Assembly: GCA_964016885.1 (NCBI GenBank)
Contig: OZ024741.1
Span: 295,244,001 to 295,308,000 of the forward strand
Direction: 5' to 3'
Length of the DNA: 64,000 nt
Source of the DNA: Eledone cirrhosa
Lineage: Eukaryota
The position numbers and the translations under genes were made by a program. Shown here in pieces: positions 11,433 to 25,853 of the stretch. The notes beneath the pieces were generated by a model. The model worked only from the letters and a program-made list of their open reading frames with translations. It was not told the origin of the DNA and did no database searches. Positions within the stretch are counted from its first letter, which is position 1. Every line of letters starts with the position of its first letter.

Positions 11433-12559
11433 ATGGTTTCTTTATTAGCCACACAGGGCTGACATTAAGCAAACAATAAAAACGGCACAGGACAATTGAG
11501 TGTGGGTTTTTGTGTAAAAAAATGATTTTATAACAAAACTGTTTAAATGAACATTTAAAATCAAACAAACAAAAATAGATTCCCCAATTGGGAGAAACTT
11601 CTGAGGGTCAATAATAATGATAATAATTTCTTTATTTTGGCCACAAAGGCCAAGATAATGTGGAAAATATAAGGACAAAAACCAACACAGAATGAGGTTT
11701 ACATCAATTTTAAAAAAAGGGGATATCAGCAATGGGAAAACAGTAGGTATATCAATAACAATAATTTAACAAATATTCATGATAGCAATTCAAACAATAA
11801 CAGATATCAACTATGAGCAGTTCCTCATTATGGGGCAGATGCTGCATGTAGAATAATTCCAGGGAAATCCCTACACAAAATTTGGGATTACTCCATCACC
11901 ACATGGACATTGAAAGGGCCCTCTTTGTTCCATTCCTCCTGCCTAGATTAGCAGTGTAAGCCCATTCAACCTCATCAATCTCACCCATCTAGGAAGCACT
12001 ACCTCCCTCCTGACCTTCACCTTCATGTGATACTTGAAGAAGTCAATGTGTTCACCATACAACTTCTAAAAAAGTAGAGGTGCATGGTTTAGTGGTAAGG
12101 GTTTGGGAATTATGATCATAATGTCATGGGTTCTATTACTGAACTCGGTTGTGTGTTGCATTTTTTAGCAAAACACTCCATTTCTCATTGCTCCAGTATA
12201 CTCCACTGAAAATGAGCACCAGCAATAGCTGGAGGTTGCTTTGTTTCTTTTTTGTTCTGTTTTACACCATCTTGTCTTTGCTTAACAACAAAGGTAATCA
12301 CTGAGGTGGTCACAGAATGTGTAACAAAAGAGGTTTGACAATCAACAAATAAACAACCAACTAACAGGAAAATTATAAAAACAAATTGAAGTGAAACCCA
12401 ACAGGCGTGTGTGATTTTACAGCATGACCCTCCCAAAATATAATAATATCTGTTTCAACACATATATTCACATATTAAAAAATCTTGAATCCTGCAAAAC
12501 AAATACAAAAATAATATATATTTATACAGTATATATATATATATATATATAATATATAT

Positions 12560-12604
<45 letters not shown>

Positions 12605-12636
12605 TGTATAAATAAAAAATAATATATATTTATACA

Positions 12637-12694
<58 letters not shown>

Positions 12695-12871
12695 TTTATT
12701 TTTGTATTTGTTGGGCAAGATTTCTTATCTTATCATGAAAGACCTTTGACAATCAACAACTAAACAACCATCTGGTTATTAAACAAACCAACTGGGAGTT
12801 CATAATAAATTGAAGTGAAATCCAACAGGTGCATGTGTTTTATTGGCAGCATGACCCTCCCAAAGTATAAG

Positions 12872-12956
<85 letters not shown>

Positions 12957-13059
12957 GCGCGTGTGTTAACATTCCAACACAAGGATTTCTCTGGATTAAA
13001 TCATTTCTGAATAAATATTGAGAAATTATTTTTCTTTACTCATGATATTCTAAATAAAG

Positions 13060-13690
13060 AAGCACACATACACAGAATCAGACTAACAAATACACTCGCA
13101 CTAACAAACACATGCACACACAAACAGCCACTCTTACGAACAAACACACATTCAGTCACACACACATAACTACTCACACACATTCTAATGCATACTGACA
13201 TGAATAAATACACACAGACAAGTAAACTGATGTAAATAAACACATAGAAGCATACTGACAAACAAAGACACACACATGCATACTGTTACAAGCAAACGCA
13301 CTCACACACAAGCATACTAGCATGACACACACACACACACACATCCTGACATAAAGAAACACACACATAAGCATACTGACATAAACAAACACACACACAC
13401 ATGTATACTGACATAAACAAACATGCCCACATAAGCATACTGGCATAAACAAACACACACATACATTTAAATACTGATAGTAAAAAACACAAACACACAC
13501 ATAGTCACTCACACACCAACAAACACACACACACACACACATATATTCACACACGCACAAATGCATATACACACACACACTAACAGACATATTCACACAC
13601 ACACTAACGCATATACACACACATACACTAACACATATACACACACACAGTTACAGGCACATACATGCACACACTAACAGACACACATTC
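13060..13690. repeat. Degenerate CA-rich minisatellite
   Basis: Recurring 'agcatactgacataaacaaacacacac' units embedded in (CA)n. Confidence 0.8.
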
Positions 13691-13890
13691 ATTCATTCAT
13701 ATATCATGACATTTCATTAATGACAAGAGATGAGAGGAAATTATAATGATTCAGTTTTAAAATTGTATATTACTGTTTCCTAAGATTCTCTGAATGTCAA
13801 TGTTAAAATTATGTAAATTGATTACTGAGTTATATTTATTTTTCTATGTGCATGTGTGTGTATGCATGTATGTGTTTGTGTGTGCTTGTT

Positions 13891-13935
<45 letters not shown>

Positions 13936-14007
13936 TTCGATTTATAACTGCTTAAACAAACTTGCATCTGTAAGTTTAAGTGCCTGTGTGTATTTATATA
14001 CACACAC

Positions 14008-14075
<68 letters not shown>

Positions 14076-14118
14076 GTTTTCATATATTTATATAAGAATT
14101 TACATTCTTAAACACAGT

Positions 14119-14152
<34 letters not shown>

Positions 14153-14153
<1 letters not shown>

Positions 14154-14251
14154 AGGGTGTCCCCAAAAATGTATACACACCTCAACAGCATTCTAATAAA
14201 TATTGTCTGCACAGGTAATCAAAGTGTGTATACATGTTTTGGGACACCCTG
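14153..14251. mobile_element. Tc1/mariner-type MITE, 99 bp
   Basis: TIRs of about 28 bp, 'cagggtgtccccaaaaatgtatacacac' / 'gtgtgtatacatgttttgggacaccctg'. Left flank is TA; right flank is TG. Confidence 0.8.
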
Positions 14252-14456
14252 TGTATATCATCATCATCATTTCATTTTACGTCCACTTTTCCCTGCTTGC
14301 AAGGGTGGGACGGGAACTGATTCTGGCTTGATTTCTACAGCTGGATGCCCTTCCTAACACCAACCTCATTTACAGTGAGTGCTGGGTGCTTTTTTGCCAT
14401 GGCACCTCCACGACCACTTTGCAGTGGAATGGTAGGGACCCCAGTCCCTATCATCT

Positions 14457-14598
14457 CATTTCTACAGCTGAGTAAACTGGAGCAATGTGAAATAAAGTGT
14501 CTTGCTCAAGGAAAGAACACATCTCCTGGTCTGAGAATTGAACTCACAACCTTTCGATTGCAAGGCTAATGCTCTAACCACTAAGCCATGTGCCTCCA
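14457..14598 (-). mobile_element. Second tRNA-derived SINE family (head plus 'ccttgagcaagacacttt' domain)
   Basis: Reverse strand reads 'tggaggcacatggcttagtggttagagc...gtgagttcaattctc...ccttgagcaagacactttatttcacattgctccag'. Related copies at about 12077, 33795, 53895 and 60935. Confidence 0.8.
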
Positions 14599-16223
14599 TA
14601 TATATATCATTACCATCATTATATAACATTTGTTTCACCCTTCGAACATGGCTCAGATAGGTTGTCACCAGCCAAGTCAGTACTTAATCAATGCTACTGC
14701 TTTTTCAGATAGATTGGTGGGAGATGGTGGGGAGGTATGTCGCTTATATACATTTCCGCATCTCACAACCATGACTCCTTTTTAATTACACTCTAGATTA
14801 CATTTGCTTTAAAAGAACAAAAACTATGTAGAGTGGAGAAAATTCTTTAACCTTGTAAAGGACAAAGTAACCTCACTAGTGTTGGCATTATGATAAGATA
14901 AAGCTACATTCTGTTAGGTTGTTGGCAATACAGAGTATTGTTTAAAAAGGCTCTTTAGTCATATTGAGGATATGACAATCTCTCTAATGCTGGTGCCATG
15001 ACAAAATACACCCTGTGAAGTCTGTTAAATAGCCAGTGTTAAGAAAAACATCCAGCCCTAGAAACCATACCAAAAGTAGAATGTATGGTCTTCCTAGAGG
15101 TTTTTAATTCCAAATTTGAACTGACTTGCACTATAACTGCCCCATTAACCTATGCCAACATAGAAAGCAAATGTATAAAATGTTGATGAAGAAAGACATT
15201 AACAAATTGAATATAATTTCTTTGTGAATAACTCAGTCCATGGAAAAGCTTTGCTTCTAAACTAACATTTCTCATGCTCTACAAATGGTATTTGGTAATA
15301 TTTTAGTGGGTCATAAGTCTTCAGAATGGGTTGTATATATCATACTATATACTAACTTTGTCCAATCATAATGGAGTGTACGTTTTTTTATTGCTTTTTG
15401 TGGGGCACGGAACAAAGAAGGTTGCGAAACACTGCTCTAAATTCTTGCTATGCATCCAAGTTTACTTTTACCACACTATATTTGATTGTTTCATGAAATA
15501 CATTGAATATCAGGTGTTGGCAGTAAAGAGTTAATAAACACAAAGTCTTTCTAGTCGTCAGTACTTCCTTTCTTCTTTGTTATATTCTCTCATCATAAAT
15601 TGAACAACAGTAAACACACAACGAGGAGATTGTCAAGATGGTAAAACTACAAAAAAACCTCAAAATATACCTTTTCTTTTCCCCTCACTGTTCACTTTTA
15701 TTTTTACTTTAGTCAACAAATATATTTTTTATCATGTCTATCAAATTGCAATATAAATTACCTTCTCTTTCCCCCTCTCTTTCTCCTCCTTTTCTGCTCT
15801 TTTCTTCCCATATTCATCTTCAAAGACAGGATCATAGGATGTGAAACCTTTCTTCTTTCTTTCGTTAGTGTGTTCACTATTCTGATATGTATATGTACAT
15901 TTAAATACACATATATACACAGACACACATACATACACATGTATATACACACACGCCTATATATATAATATATATAGTGCTGTAGTTTGTATATACACTT
16001 ATATTCTCATACATAAAAGCAAATGTTAAAATATATATATATACATGTATATACACCCCTACATACATATATAGATTTACACAATAGCTATAGATACATA
16101 TTAAGCATCAACTTCATAGTAATAGCCCAGGTCATTAGATTAACTTTGTGTACTGTGTATATTTATATGTTCCTCTGTTGTTGTTTATTTCTCTCTCCCT
16201 CACTGCTACTCTTCCTGTTTCAT

Positions 16224-16258
<35 letters not shown>

Positions 16259-17003
16259 TTCTCTTTCTTTCTCTCCCCATATATCCACTAACTGATACAC
16301 ACACACACACCTCTACTCTGCTCTGCTACTACATATTTGTTATTTTTCACTTATTTCCTCATTGTTTTAACTTACGTTTGTAATTTTACTTTATTTTTTG
16401 TTTTGTTTCGTTTTATAACATCTAATTCTTTTTACATTATATTTAGCTTTTTTTAACTGTCTAACTTCCTACTCTTCACTGTTTGCCTATCTTCCTCCTT
16501 ACTCTCCACTTCCACTAGTTCTTCATTTTTCTTCATCTTCTCTCTCTTTACTCTCATTATTAGATCACAAGAATAAATTGCAAAGTGAGTAGCAATCTGT
16601 TAATGTGATTATAGGCAACCATTTCTTGCCTCTCATAGTTCTTGCTTTCGTTTACAGTATCTGTTGAGGTATTTATTTCTTCTTATATAAAAATCTTTGT
16701 ACAGTTGACTTTGTTACCATTATCTGTTTCCAGAAAACTTCTATTAGGAAGATCTGCCTCTGGTTAATGACTTTAGCTTTAAACCATTCTTTTTGTGATT
16801 GCATCTTTGATTCAGATCTATTATGATAAATCTCAAACTTCTACAAGCTTAATAAAACGTTCCCCGCCCTGTTTAATATCCTGTGGATCATGCTATTTTC
16901 TTTTTAAGTTAGCTTATATTGTCTAATGATTTCATATTTATGTTGTATGATACTGCAGAAATAATTTTCTGTTCCTATTGTTCTATAACTTTCTCATGTC
17001 AAG

Positions 17004-17265
17004 CAGGGCCAGACTTTCACCTGCTGAATCCCTAAGCTATGAAAGTTGAGGCGCCTCTCTAAAATAAATAGGTAAAAAATTTGAAATAATTATACATGAT
17101 TATTATTTTTTATATCAATGTTAATAATAAAGAATAGATAATAATTTTCAATAATTTAGTGTTAAAGAATAAAAACTAATGATAAAATAAAAATATATTT
17201 AAAACATGAGGCTCCCAAGGGCCCTAATCTATAGCATATTTAGCTTATAGGTAAATCCAACACTG
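17004..17265. mobile_element. hAT-type MITE
   Basis: Termini cagggccagactt...aaatccaacactg with an 8-bp TSD atgtcaag/atgccaag (7 of 8 match). Confidence 0.75.
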
Positions 17266-18791
17266 ATGCCAAGGGAGGAGAATTGGTTAAAGTGGATTGA
17301 AATTTCAAATATACTGCACGTATTTACTTCTCTTTATGAGCAGGCTATATTATCCTGCACAGGCACAAGTAAAGAGAGGGTGGGTGAGATAGGTAGGTAG
17401 GTCAGTTTGCATGAGCTTATAATTTTGAGTAGGAGAGGGGGCTACTTACCTCAAGTTCTAGTTATTTTATCCTGTTCTGTTACTTATAGGTATATGTATG
17501 TACATATATATATACTTGAAAAGCCCACTTCTTTAAAGTTCCATATTCATGTATTATACCAGACAAGCTTGTGATTTTATGTGGTGATAACTGCTAAATA
17601 GACTTTTCTAAACATTTTCAAATATAAGACAAACATTTATATATACTTGTGAATAAATCACACTTTTTATCATGAAAATATGTGTAAAACCAGCATCCGA
17701 TTTATCTGCTGAAACTACAAAATCTTGATTCAAAATGTGTGCTACATTGTAAATGTTGTATGTAAAGTGACTTTGGCGAGTACATATTGAAACTTCTTTT
17801 TTTTTCTTTTTCCAACTTCCATTGTTCATTTAGAAGGTTTAGACAATTTAACTGAGACTGTTTTTATAAACATTGTTTATGAAAATTTCTTCGTTGTTTG
17901 ATTGTCTTCTAGACTAGCGTATGAGTTCGTCTATATACATGACAGAATTAGTTTTCTCACTAGAAAGCTGTTATTGCTAACTTGTTTAGTTTCATATTGA
18001 TCTCTCACTAAATTACTTTGTGGAGATATTAAATTTCTTTGTACCTGACCTAAGTTTTCTAAGAAGAGTATCATCATCATCATCATCTTTATTTTTTTTC
18101 TATACTGGCATAGATTACACAGATTTGTAATAAAACATACCTATGTTTCATGAGGTTCAACACTCTTATGTCTAAAAGTTTTCTTTGATCTACCTGTACC
18201 ATAAATATCTTCCATGTTCAAATCAAGGTAATATTCAATGCAGTATATATCCTCCAGACATAGATGCAGGTATAGTTAAAAGCTTAAGAAGTTTGTTTTG
18301 CAATATTGATATCCTTGGTTTGATATCACTGCAAAGCATCTTGGACAAAAGTGTCTCTTCTCGTAGCCTCAGGTCGACCCAAACAATGTAAATAGTGTTG
18401 TCAAAGAAGATCTGAGGAATCACATTTACAATTCATATTGTGACACACCGGTATTACATTAAAAGTAGCCTTCTACTTCTTGAGTCATCCAATGCCATGA
18501 GGCTGTGGTGAGGTATTGGTGAAGTTTAAGCTCCAGAGCCCTCAGTCAGCCATTGCAATATGCAGATCCATTGTTTTGAGATTGTGTTCATTTCGATGAT
18601 TGATTTCAACTTATCCTTTTGCATCTAGAGTTCAGAGGAGCAATCTTCTTTCCAGTAGGTTCATCATGGCAAGTTACATGGCTATCAAGGGCCAGAACCC
18701 TTACATATGGAATATTCAGCAATTTATATGTTAATTTAAGAAGTAGGGCATTCAGTTGATCAAACAACTGAATACTCATCATCCAAACCAA

Positions 18792-18968
18792 CAGGGTATC
18801 TAAGGGTCGGACGCCATGCTTTCCAGCATAGTTACATCCCTTTACGATCTGAGTTCAAATCCCGCCGAGGTTGACTTTGCCTTTCATCCTTACGGGGTCG
18901 ATAAAATAAAGTACCAGTAATGCACTGGGTAATTGCTGGCCTTGTGCCTAAAGTAGAAACAATTATTA
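18792..18968 (+). mobile_element. Major SINE copy
   Basis: Near-consensus sequence from 'gggtcggacgccatgc' to 'gaaacaattatt'. Confidence 0.9.
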
Positions 18969-20737
18969 TATCTTCCATTAGGGTGGTGGATTAACAGTCA
19001 TTAGGGTGTCAGACAATATGGTTTGCAATGAAATTCTGCTATGGTTCAAATTCCACTTTGTTAATCACCCTTCTGGGATCATTAACTAGAATAATAATCA
19101 AGTAATGTGGTTGATCAAATTGACCACCCCTACACTAAAATATCTGGCCTTATGCTATTAGAAATTATATTTTCCATACATATATATCTATCTTCATGTC
19201 AATATAGTAGTCAACACTATGAGACAAATCAGCCTACAATTTAACTGTTCACTACTTGCCTTCACTGTATTTCTCATACATTAACATTGCTTCACTATTA
19301 ACACTTTAGATTTTCTCCTGTAGCCATAACATTTTCAATACCTTGCTGATATAATCTGACTTTCAGACAGACATTACAGAACTTCAAGCCAGCCTTTTTA
19401 CATTTCAATAGATCTAAAGAATTTAATGATTTTTCAGACACTAATTGACTTTTGATGGAAATAATTCAATGAAATTACTGGGTAATCTTCTCAAAAGCTC
19501 TGGGTAGTGAAGATCTCTTTGGTGCTGTATAGTTTTGAATAGGCAGAGCAATGGCTGTTGCATAAGAATGCAGAATATGTCATAACCTTACAACTTGCTA
19601 TACAGAAGTCAGTTGACAGACCTAATTAACTAATATGCTTAAAATTTGGTGGATTTTGTTTGTTTTTTTTTCTCTATTTTTAACCTATTAATTACTTCTT
19701 CGTAATCTGTCTCATTATAGTCATAATTGGTTGTTAATCAGGACTTTTGGAAGAATTCTATTTTCTTTTCATCTTTTATTTTTATTCACTGTGTGCATCA
19801 GCTGTATTTGACTAGTCCATAGGACAGAGTCACTTATGATTGATATAGCAATTTCTCACAGTCAGTAATTTTCAGAAATCTTTCAAAAATACACACATAC
19901 ACACACATTGAACATATTGAGAGAGATGGGTTTCCCCAACCTGTCTATGAGGACAATAACTCCAATTAAGTAATGTCTTGGTCTGCAACGACCAGTCTAA
20001 CTCATGCCAGCATAGAAAAGTGATTGTAAAAATGACGATATACTATATATGTGTATATAATTTGACTTCTCTACAGCTTAATTTCAAACTATTGAAATAC
20101 CAAACCTAAGTTTTTGTCACTGACATTTTCTTCATATAACTGAATTTCTCTTCTAAAATAATTGCTCTTCTCTTCATTTTTCTATTGAATGGGATATACT
20201 TACAAAAAGATTCTGCCTACAGTTATCATATTTCTTAAACTCAATGTCTTTTGTTCATCTAATACTCATTCAAAAGAGAGAGACTTTCTTAATAGATACT
20301 GGGAATATTGTGAATCACAAATGGCTATTGATATTATGTAATTTATGAAATTTGCAGTTTTATATTTCTGTGAAGGGGTCTATTAGAATATTAAAGATGA
20401 ACAGAGCATTTTTTCAAAGAAAGATTGTTCATATATATATACATGTATACATGTGAGTATGCGTGCATATATATATGTGTGTGTATGTGTGTGTGACTGT
20501 ATGTATGTAAGTATATATATATATATATATTTATCTGTAATTGTGTATATATATATATATATATATTTGTTTCAATAAACCGTGTGGTTGATCCAAACAA
20601 TCAACACCATGAAGCATAAGCACCCCATGTCATAGATATTCATAAGGTATTAGGAATATGGTATCAGACGGCATACCAATATTAAGAAAGGAGACGGTTT
20701 TACATATTCCATTTCTGGTTATTGTCTTACATCACAT

Positions 20738-20808
20738 CTGTTATGTATATTTCAAAAGCATTAACGTTTCCTTATGTAATAGTTATGTAATGCATTTTTG
20801 TCAGACAG
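20738..20808 (-). ncRNA. Degenerate hammerhead-like motif
   Basis: Reverse strand: ctgt-CTGACAA-aaatgcatta...taatgctttt-GAAA-tataca-TA-acag. Core G8 is mutated. Confidence 0.45.
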
Positions 20809-21024
20809 CTGCTGAAAATGTAAATAGAGTTTTGTTTTTGATATGTCGACCGTCGAAGGGATGTTGCTCCTTTGGGTTGCTGCAGGCATATGCTACATCA
20901 TTTTCAGCATGTCTAACGACAATGCATTAAATAACTATTAAATAAGAACATGCTAATGCCTTTGAAATGTACATAATAGGTGTTATATAAGACAATAAAC
21001 TAAAGTTAAATATGTAAAACTGTC

Positions 21025-21125
21025 TCTTCTTCTTCTTCTTCTTCTTCTTCTTCTTCTTCTTCTTCTTCTTCTTCTTCTTCTTCTTCTTCTTCTTCTTCTT
21101 CTTCTTCTTCTTCTTCTTCTTCTTC
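21025..21125. repeat. Pure (CTT)n microsatellite, about 33 units
   Basis: Direct observation; source of the poly-K pseudo-ORF. Confidence 0.98.
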
Positions 21126-21658
21126 GTGTGTGTGTGTGTAGACCATGGGACTATATGTAGAGTAGTTGTCAAACCCTTGACCTTTCTAGGAGGTCAGTAG
21201 CCCTGCTTCGGTGCTGACTTGATTTATGAAGACCCATCCAACCCACCGTTAAAGTGGACGTTAGATGATGATGGTATATATCCATATTTATGTGTGTGTA
21301 AATATGTATATAGGTATGTTTGTGCATGTATTTCATTTGTATAAACTCTGATCTTTGTAAGGTGCTATATTTTTATAATTTTATGTAGGTTGGAATTGAA
21401 TTCATAAAGTTTAATATATATTACAATTTCAACATTGCTGTATGATAGGCCAATCAGTGTTAAATTCTAAAGAATAAATATGGGAAGGCAAGGAGGATAT
21501 CAGCAGATTGTTTCATGGAAACTATATTTCTTTTGATCTTTCCATTGCTGATACTATCTGCCTGTCACAACACCTAGCAGAAGGAACTGTGATTTGAACT
21601 AAAATTGCACTGAGCAAGATCAGATATTGCAAAGCATCCTCTTTGACTTTTAGTGTTC

Positions 21659-22014
21659 TGTCAGACCCAGGATTATTTACTTGAGTAAATATCACCGGAA
21701 TCTAACTACTAAATTTTTATACAGAAAACGATAAGATATATTTACAAAACACCATATTGAATACAAGTATTCATTTTATTGTAACTCCGTTATAATTGTT
21801 GTGCACAAATATCCTCGTACATATTCAGGTATAGTCCAAGCCCATGATTAACATGTTCATCTTCCATGTTGTCGGTTCGAAGGAAAGCGCCAAAGAGAGA
21901 AAGAGCTGGTTGTGTTGCCGCTATTTATAACCTCTTTCCGGAAGTTGCAAAAGAGGGTTCTAGACTTTCGACGGGAAGTAACTCTAACTACTTCCCTGTC
22001 TAGAGAGTGCTACA
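21659..22014 (-). mobile_element. Possible solo LTR
   Basis: The minus strand starts TGTAGC and contains TATAAATA (about 21922-29), then AATAAA (about 21775-80). It can end ...TGACA and is CpG-rich relative to its flanks. No convincing TSD. Confidence 0.4.
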
Positions 22015-22572
22015 GACTCTTTAACAATCCCCTAACCTTTTGCTCTGGTCTGGTACTTTATTCACACTGAAAGGATACAGTGGCAAAGTTGACATCAGTG
22101 GGATTTGAACTCAGAGCACGAAGAGGCAGAAGAAATATTGAGGCATTTACTGTGATACTCCTACACCACTACTAATTCACTGTGTAAATATATGTGGTGG
22201 AGAGAAGGGAGAGTTTTCCGGGTAGAATGGTATGGTGTAAGTGAGGTAATGTTTATCAAATGATGGAAGAAACAAACCCTGTGTTAAGTACAAAAACTAA
22301 TATGTAGGTGATGTGTAAATGTTTGAGCATAGGAGTGAAATTAATGATGCAATCTGGAAAACATTGATGGTGAGAATGACAGGAGTGTTACATATCAATT
22401 AAAGAACTTTCTAAGGATTAAATATGGAAATAGGCTCCCTTTTTTTTATTTTGAGATGTTGATGGAGAAATGTTACATTTTTTATTTACCAATATCCTTT
22501 CACTCCAAGGTTACAAACAACTTATGAGTAGTAGTTATTCTTAGTTATAGAACATTGTTTGTGAACTGTCAA

Positions 22573-22785
22573 ATAATGGTTTCTGATTTAGGCACAAGAT
22601 CAACAATTTTGGGGGAGGGGAAAGTCGACTAAATCAACCCCAGCTCATTACTGGTACTTTATTTTATCGACCCTGTAAGGATGAAAAATAAAGCTAACCT
22701 CAACGGGATTTGAAAACAATGTAAAGGGACATAACTCTTTACCACATAGCTTGTTGTCCAACACTCTACCAATACTGCCAATCCA
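22573..22785 (-). mobile_element. Major SINE, longer subfamily
   Basis: Consensus plus a 'gggggaggggaaagtcgactaaatcaacccc' insert. Confidence 0.85.
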
Positions 22786-23752
22786 AACACACCTAGCTTG
22801 TCTCTATCTTACTATATTGAGGTTATAGGGTTATAAGGTTATCTATGATTCTAAAGCTGCTATTTCTGCTAAATCTACCCTTATTTTTATAGTATTTGGA
22901 GATGGCTAGTGATAGAATACTACTGCTTTAAGCAGGTCAAGGGCTAATTTTGTCTTTGCACACACCTGGTTACAACTTCCTGAGTATGTAAGTTCTTCCT
23001 CACAACATATTTGGAAGCATTTTGTAATATAACAAACTTTTTCATTATTAAGCTAGAGTTTGGAACATAACTTAATAAAGGTTCTTACATATAACTATGA
23101 AAGAATGTTTAGATTAAAAAATGAAATTTAAAACAACTTTGTGTCATACATCCAGGGTCAGATTTGGGCAATTTGCTATCAGAATTATTAAACTAGATTA
23201 TTACGTATCCAATCCCACTAAATATCAGTTTGGCACTTTGGGAAATATTCAAATCTTTCTTAACTTTATGATTTTGCTATTATTTTTGCCTTTAAATTTC
23301 CAGATAATATCATTTATGTATTAGAGAAGATAATTACATCTAAAATATTGAACAAGAAAACAGTCCTGCAATTTTCTTGGTGTATAGAAGTTCCAAAGAT
23401 ATAATTATCAAAGAAAATCAACACAAATTACATTAATATCAGAGATCAACAAGTTTAATGGGGAATTGATGTAAAACCAACAACAAAGATTTTACATCGT
23501 ATTTCACATTAGTTTGATTTTTAAAAAATGAATTAAACAATGAGCATAAAATAAATTGTTTTTATTTAATTTTATTTAATTATTTGTCATTTAATTGTTT
23601 TATTGCATGTTTTTGTAAAATATACAGTTTTTGATATATATATATATGTGTGTGTGTATATGTGTGTGTGTGTATATATATATGTGTGTGTATATATGTG
23701 TGTGTATATATGTGTGTGTATATATGTGTGTGTATATATATATATGTGTGTG

Positions 23753-23785
<33 letters not shown>

Positions 23786-23809
23786 ATATATATATGTGTG
23801 TGTGTGCCA

Positions 23810-24001
23810 AAAGCAGAAATGGCAGAATCGGTAGAGGGTCGGACACCATGCTTTGACGCATAGAGTAACGGCCCTTGTCATTCTGAGTTCAAATCCCGCC
23901 GAGGTTAACTTTGCCTTTCATCCTTACGGGATCGATAAAATAAAGTACCAGTAATACACTGGGATAATTGCTGGCCTTGTGCCTAAAGTAGAAATAATTA
24001 T
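23810..24001 (+). mobile_element. Major SINE copy
   Basis: Near-consensus full-length copy following (TG/TA)n. Confidence 0.9.
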
Positions 24002-24394
24002 TTTACATCTGCTTTCCATGCTAGCGTGAACAGGACAGATAATCCTGGTCCAAAACTAGATGGATTGAAGGACCACATTTTGCTAAGCTATTACATATTT
24101 TGGTATGATTTCTATAGCTGGAAGCCCTTCCATTATGCCAACAACTTTCCAGAGTGTAAAGGTGCATTTCACCATGGCACTAGCACTACCACTTTACAGA
24201 GTGTGCTAAGTTCATTTTATCCTGGCACCAGCACTACAGAAGTCATGTACATGACATAACTGAAGAGTCCTCTTTACCTTATATTGTCTCTGCTCAATTG
24301 CCAACTACTGTATAGAGTGTATTGGGAGCACTTTATCATAACATTAGCACTAGAGAGGTTGTCGGGTCCTTACCAAGATCAAAATGTCACCTAT

Positions 24395-24680
24395 AAAATA
24401 TCATATCAAATTTTGTGTACAATTAAGGACATTTTGTGTATGTTTAAGGATATTTTGTGTATATTACTTAGCACATTTTGTATGTATCATAGCACATTTC
24501 ATGTATATCTTAGATCATTTGTGTATATCTTAACACATTTTGTATGTATCTTAGTAGATTTTGTGTGTATCTTAGGAGATTTTGTGTGTATCTTAGGAGA
24601 TTTTGTGTATATGTCTTATATCTTAGGTTATGTTGTGCATATGTCTTAGGATATTTTATGTATATCTTAAAACATTAGAT
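24395..24680. repeat. About 20-bp minisatellite (ttttgtgtatatcttaggaga)
   Basis: Roughly 13 degenerate tandem units; explains the ORF at 24284-24649. Confidence 0.85.
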
Positions 24681-24759
24681 TTAAAACATTGCTTACTAAA
24701 ACAAATCATAAACTCCTTATTTTAGCTCATACAAAGGACCTGCATTATCCCTTCTATCA

Positions 24760-25050
24760 TGTCACTTACCACATATTGGCTCCATGTCCTACATTTACTA
24801 CACTAAACATTTGCTCCATGTTTCCACCTTTACTACTCTAAACATTTGCTGCATCTTTTCACATTTACTTGACTCAACATTAACCCTCCTGTCTCTACCT
24901 TTACTTGACTCAACATTAACCCTCCTGTCTCTACATTAACCAGCCCCAACATTAGCCCTCTTGTCTCTATATTAACCAACCCCAACATTAGCCTCATGTC
25001 TCCACATTAACCAACCCTAACATTAACCAACCCCATGTCTTCATGTCTTA
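24760..25050. repeat. About 33-36-bp minisatellite (acatttacttgactcaacattaaccctcctgtctct)
   Basis: Degenerate tandem units. Confidence 0.8.
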
Positions 25051-25853
25051 CATTTTAATTTACCTTTTAAAGGAAAAATGTCAAAGCTGTAAGGAAAAAA
25101 AAACTGATAATACAGTCAGCCTAACAGTTGAAGCTATCATTGCAAAGTATTGTAAGATTGGGTTTGTAACAGTTTTCAATTGAACAACAACAGCAACAAC
25201 AACACAGTGGTGTACACTTCTGTTTATATCTCAATTTCCTGTGTAAATGAAGTGTAGAGAAAGAAAGTTACTTTCTGTCCACATACCATTTTTACAAACA
25301 AACAAACAAACAATAAAATAAAAAAGAGATAAAGTGAGAGAAGAGCCAAATTGACAGATCCATTACTTTAGTGAACCAGCTGTCCTTTAGTGTGTTGTTG
25401 GCTGAGAAAACAACTAAATAAAACAAACTACATACAGTCTTTCAGTCTTTCATTCATTGATAAAGAATTTTGTACAGATTGCTGTCAGCATAAACATACA
25501 CACACGTGCATACACACACACCCACACAGCTGTGTGCACACACACACAGGCACGTGCACACACATATAGATATATATGTGTGTGTGTTTTCTTTATCATG
25601 GCTGTCAGATAGTGTTTTCTGTAATTTCAAGGTAGTAAGACATATTTCATCTTGTATATCTTCATTAACTGGCTGACTATATTTCTATGTGTGAAGGACT
25701 ATATATATATATATGTGTGTGTATATACAGGTGGATTCTTGATGTATGTCAGGTGACTACAGTTAAACAAAGGTACTCAATACGTTAGTAGAGTATAGGC
25801 ATATTTATTTTATTATAGAAATGTCTGTTACAAAAACTAGAACTTTTTAATTT

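Noticed and set aside
14520-14598. tRNA gene
   Set aside because: The tRNA-like head continues into a SINE body and does not form a full cloverleaf; the same applies to other SINE heads.
20927-21172. Poly-lysine ORF
   Set aside because: Reverse translation of a (CTT)n microsatellite.
24284-25050. CRISPR-like or repeat-protein-like periodicity
   Set aside because: Contiguous degenerate tandem units without unique spacers, no cas genes, and a eukaryotic context.
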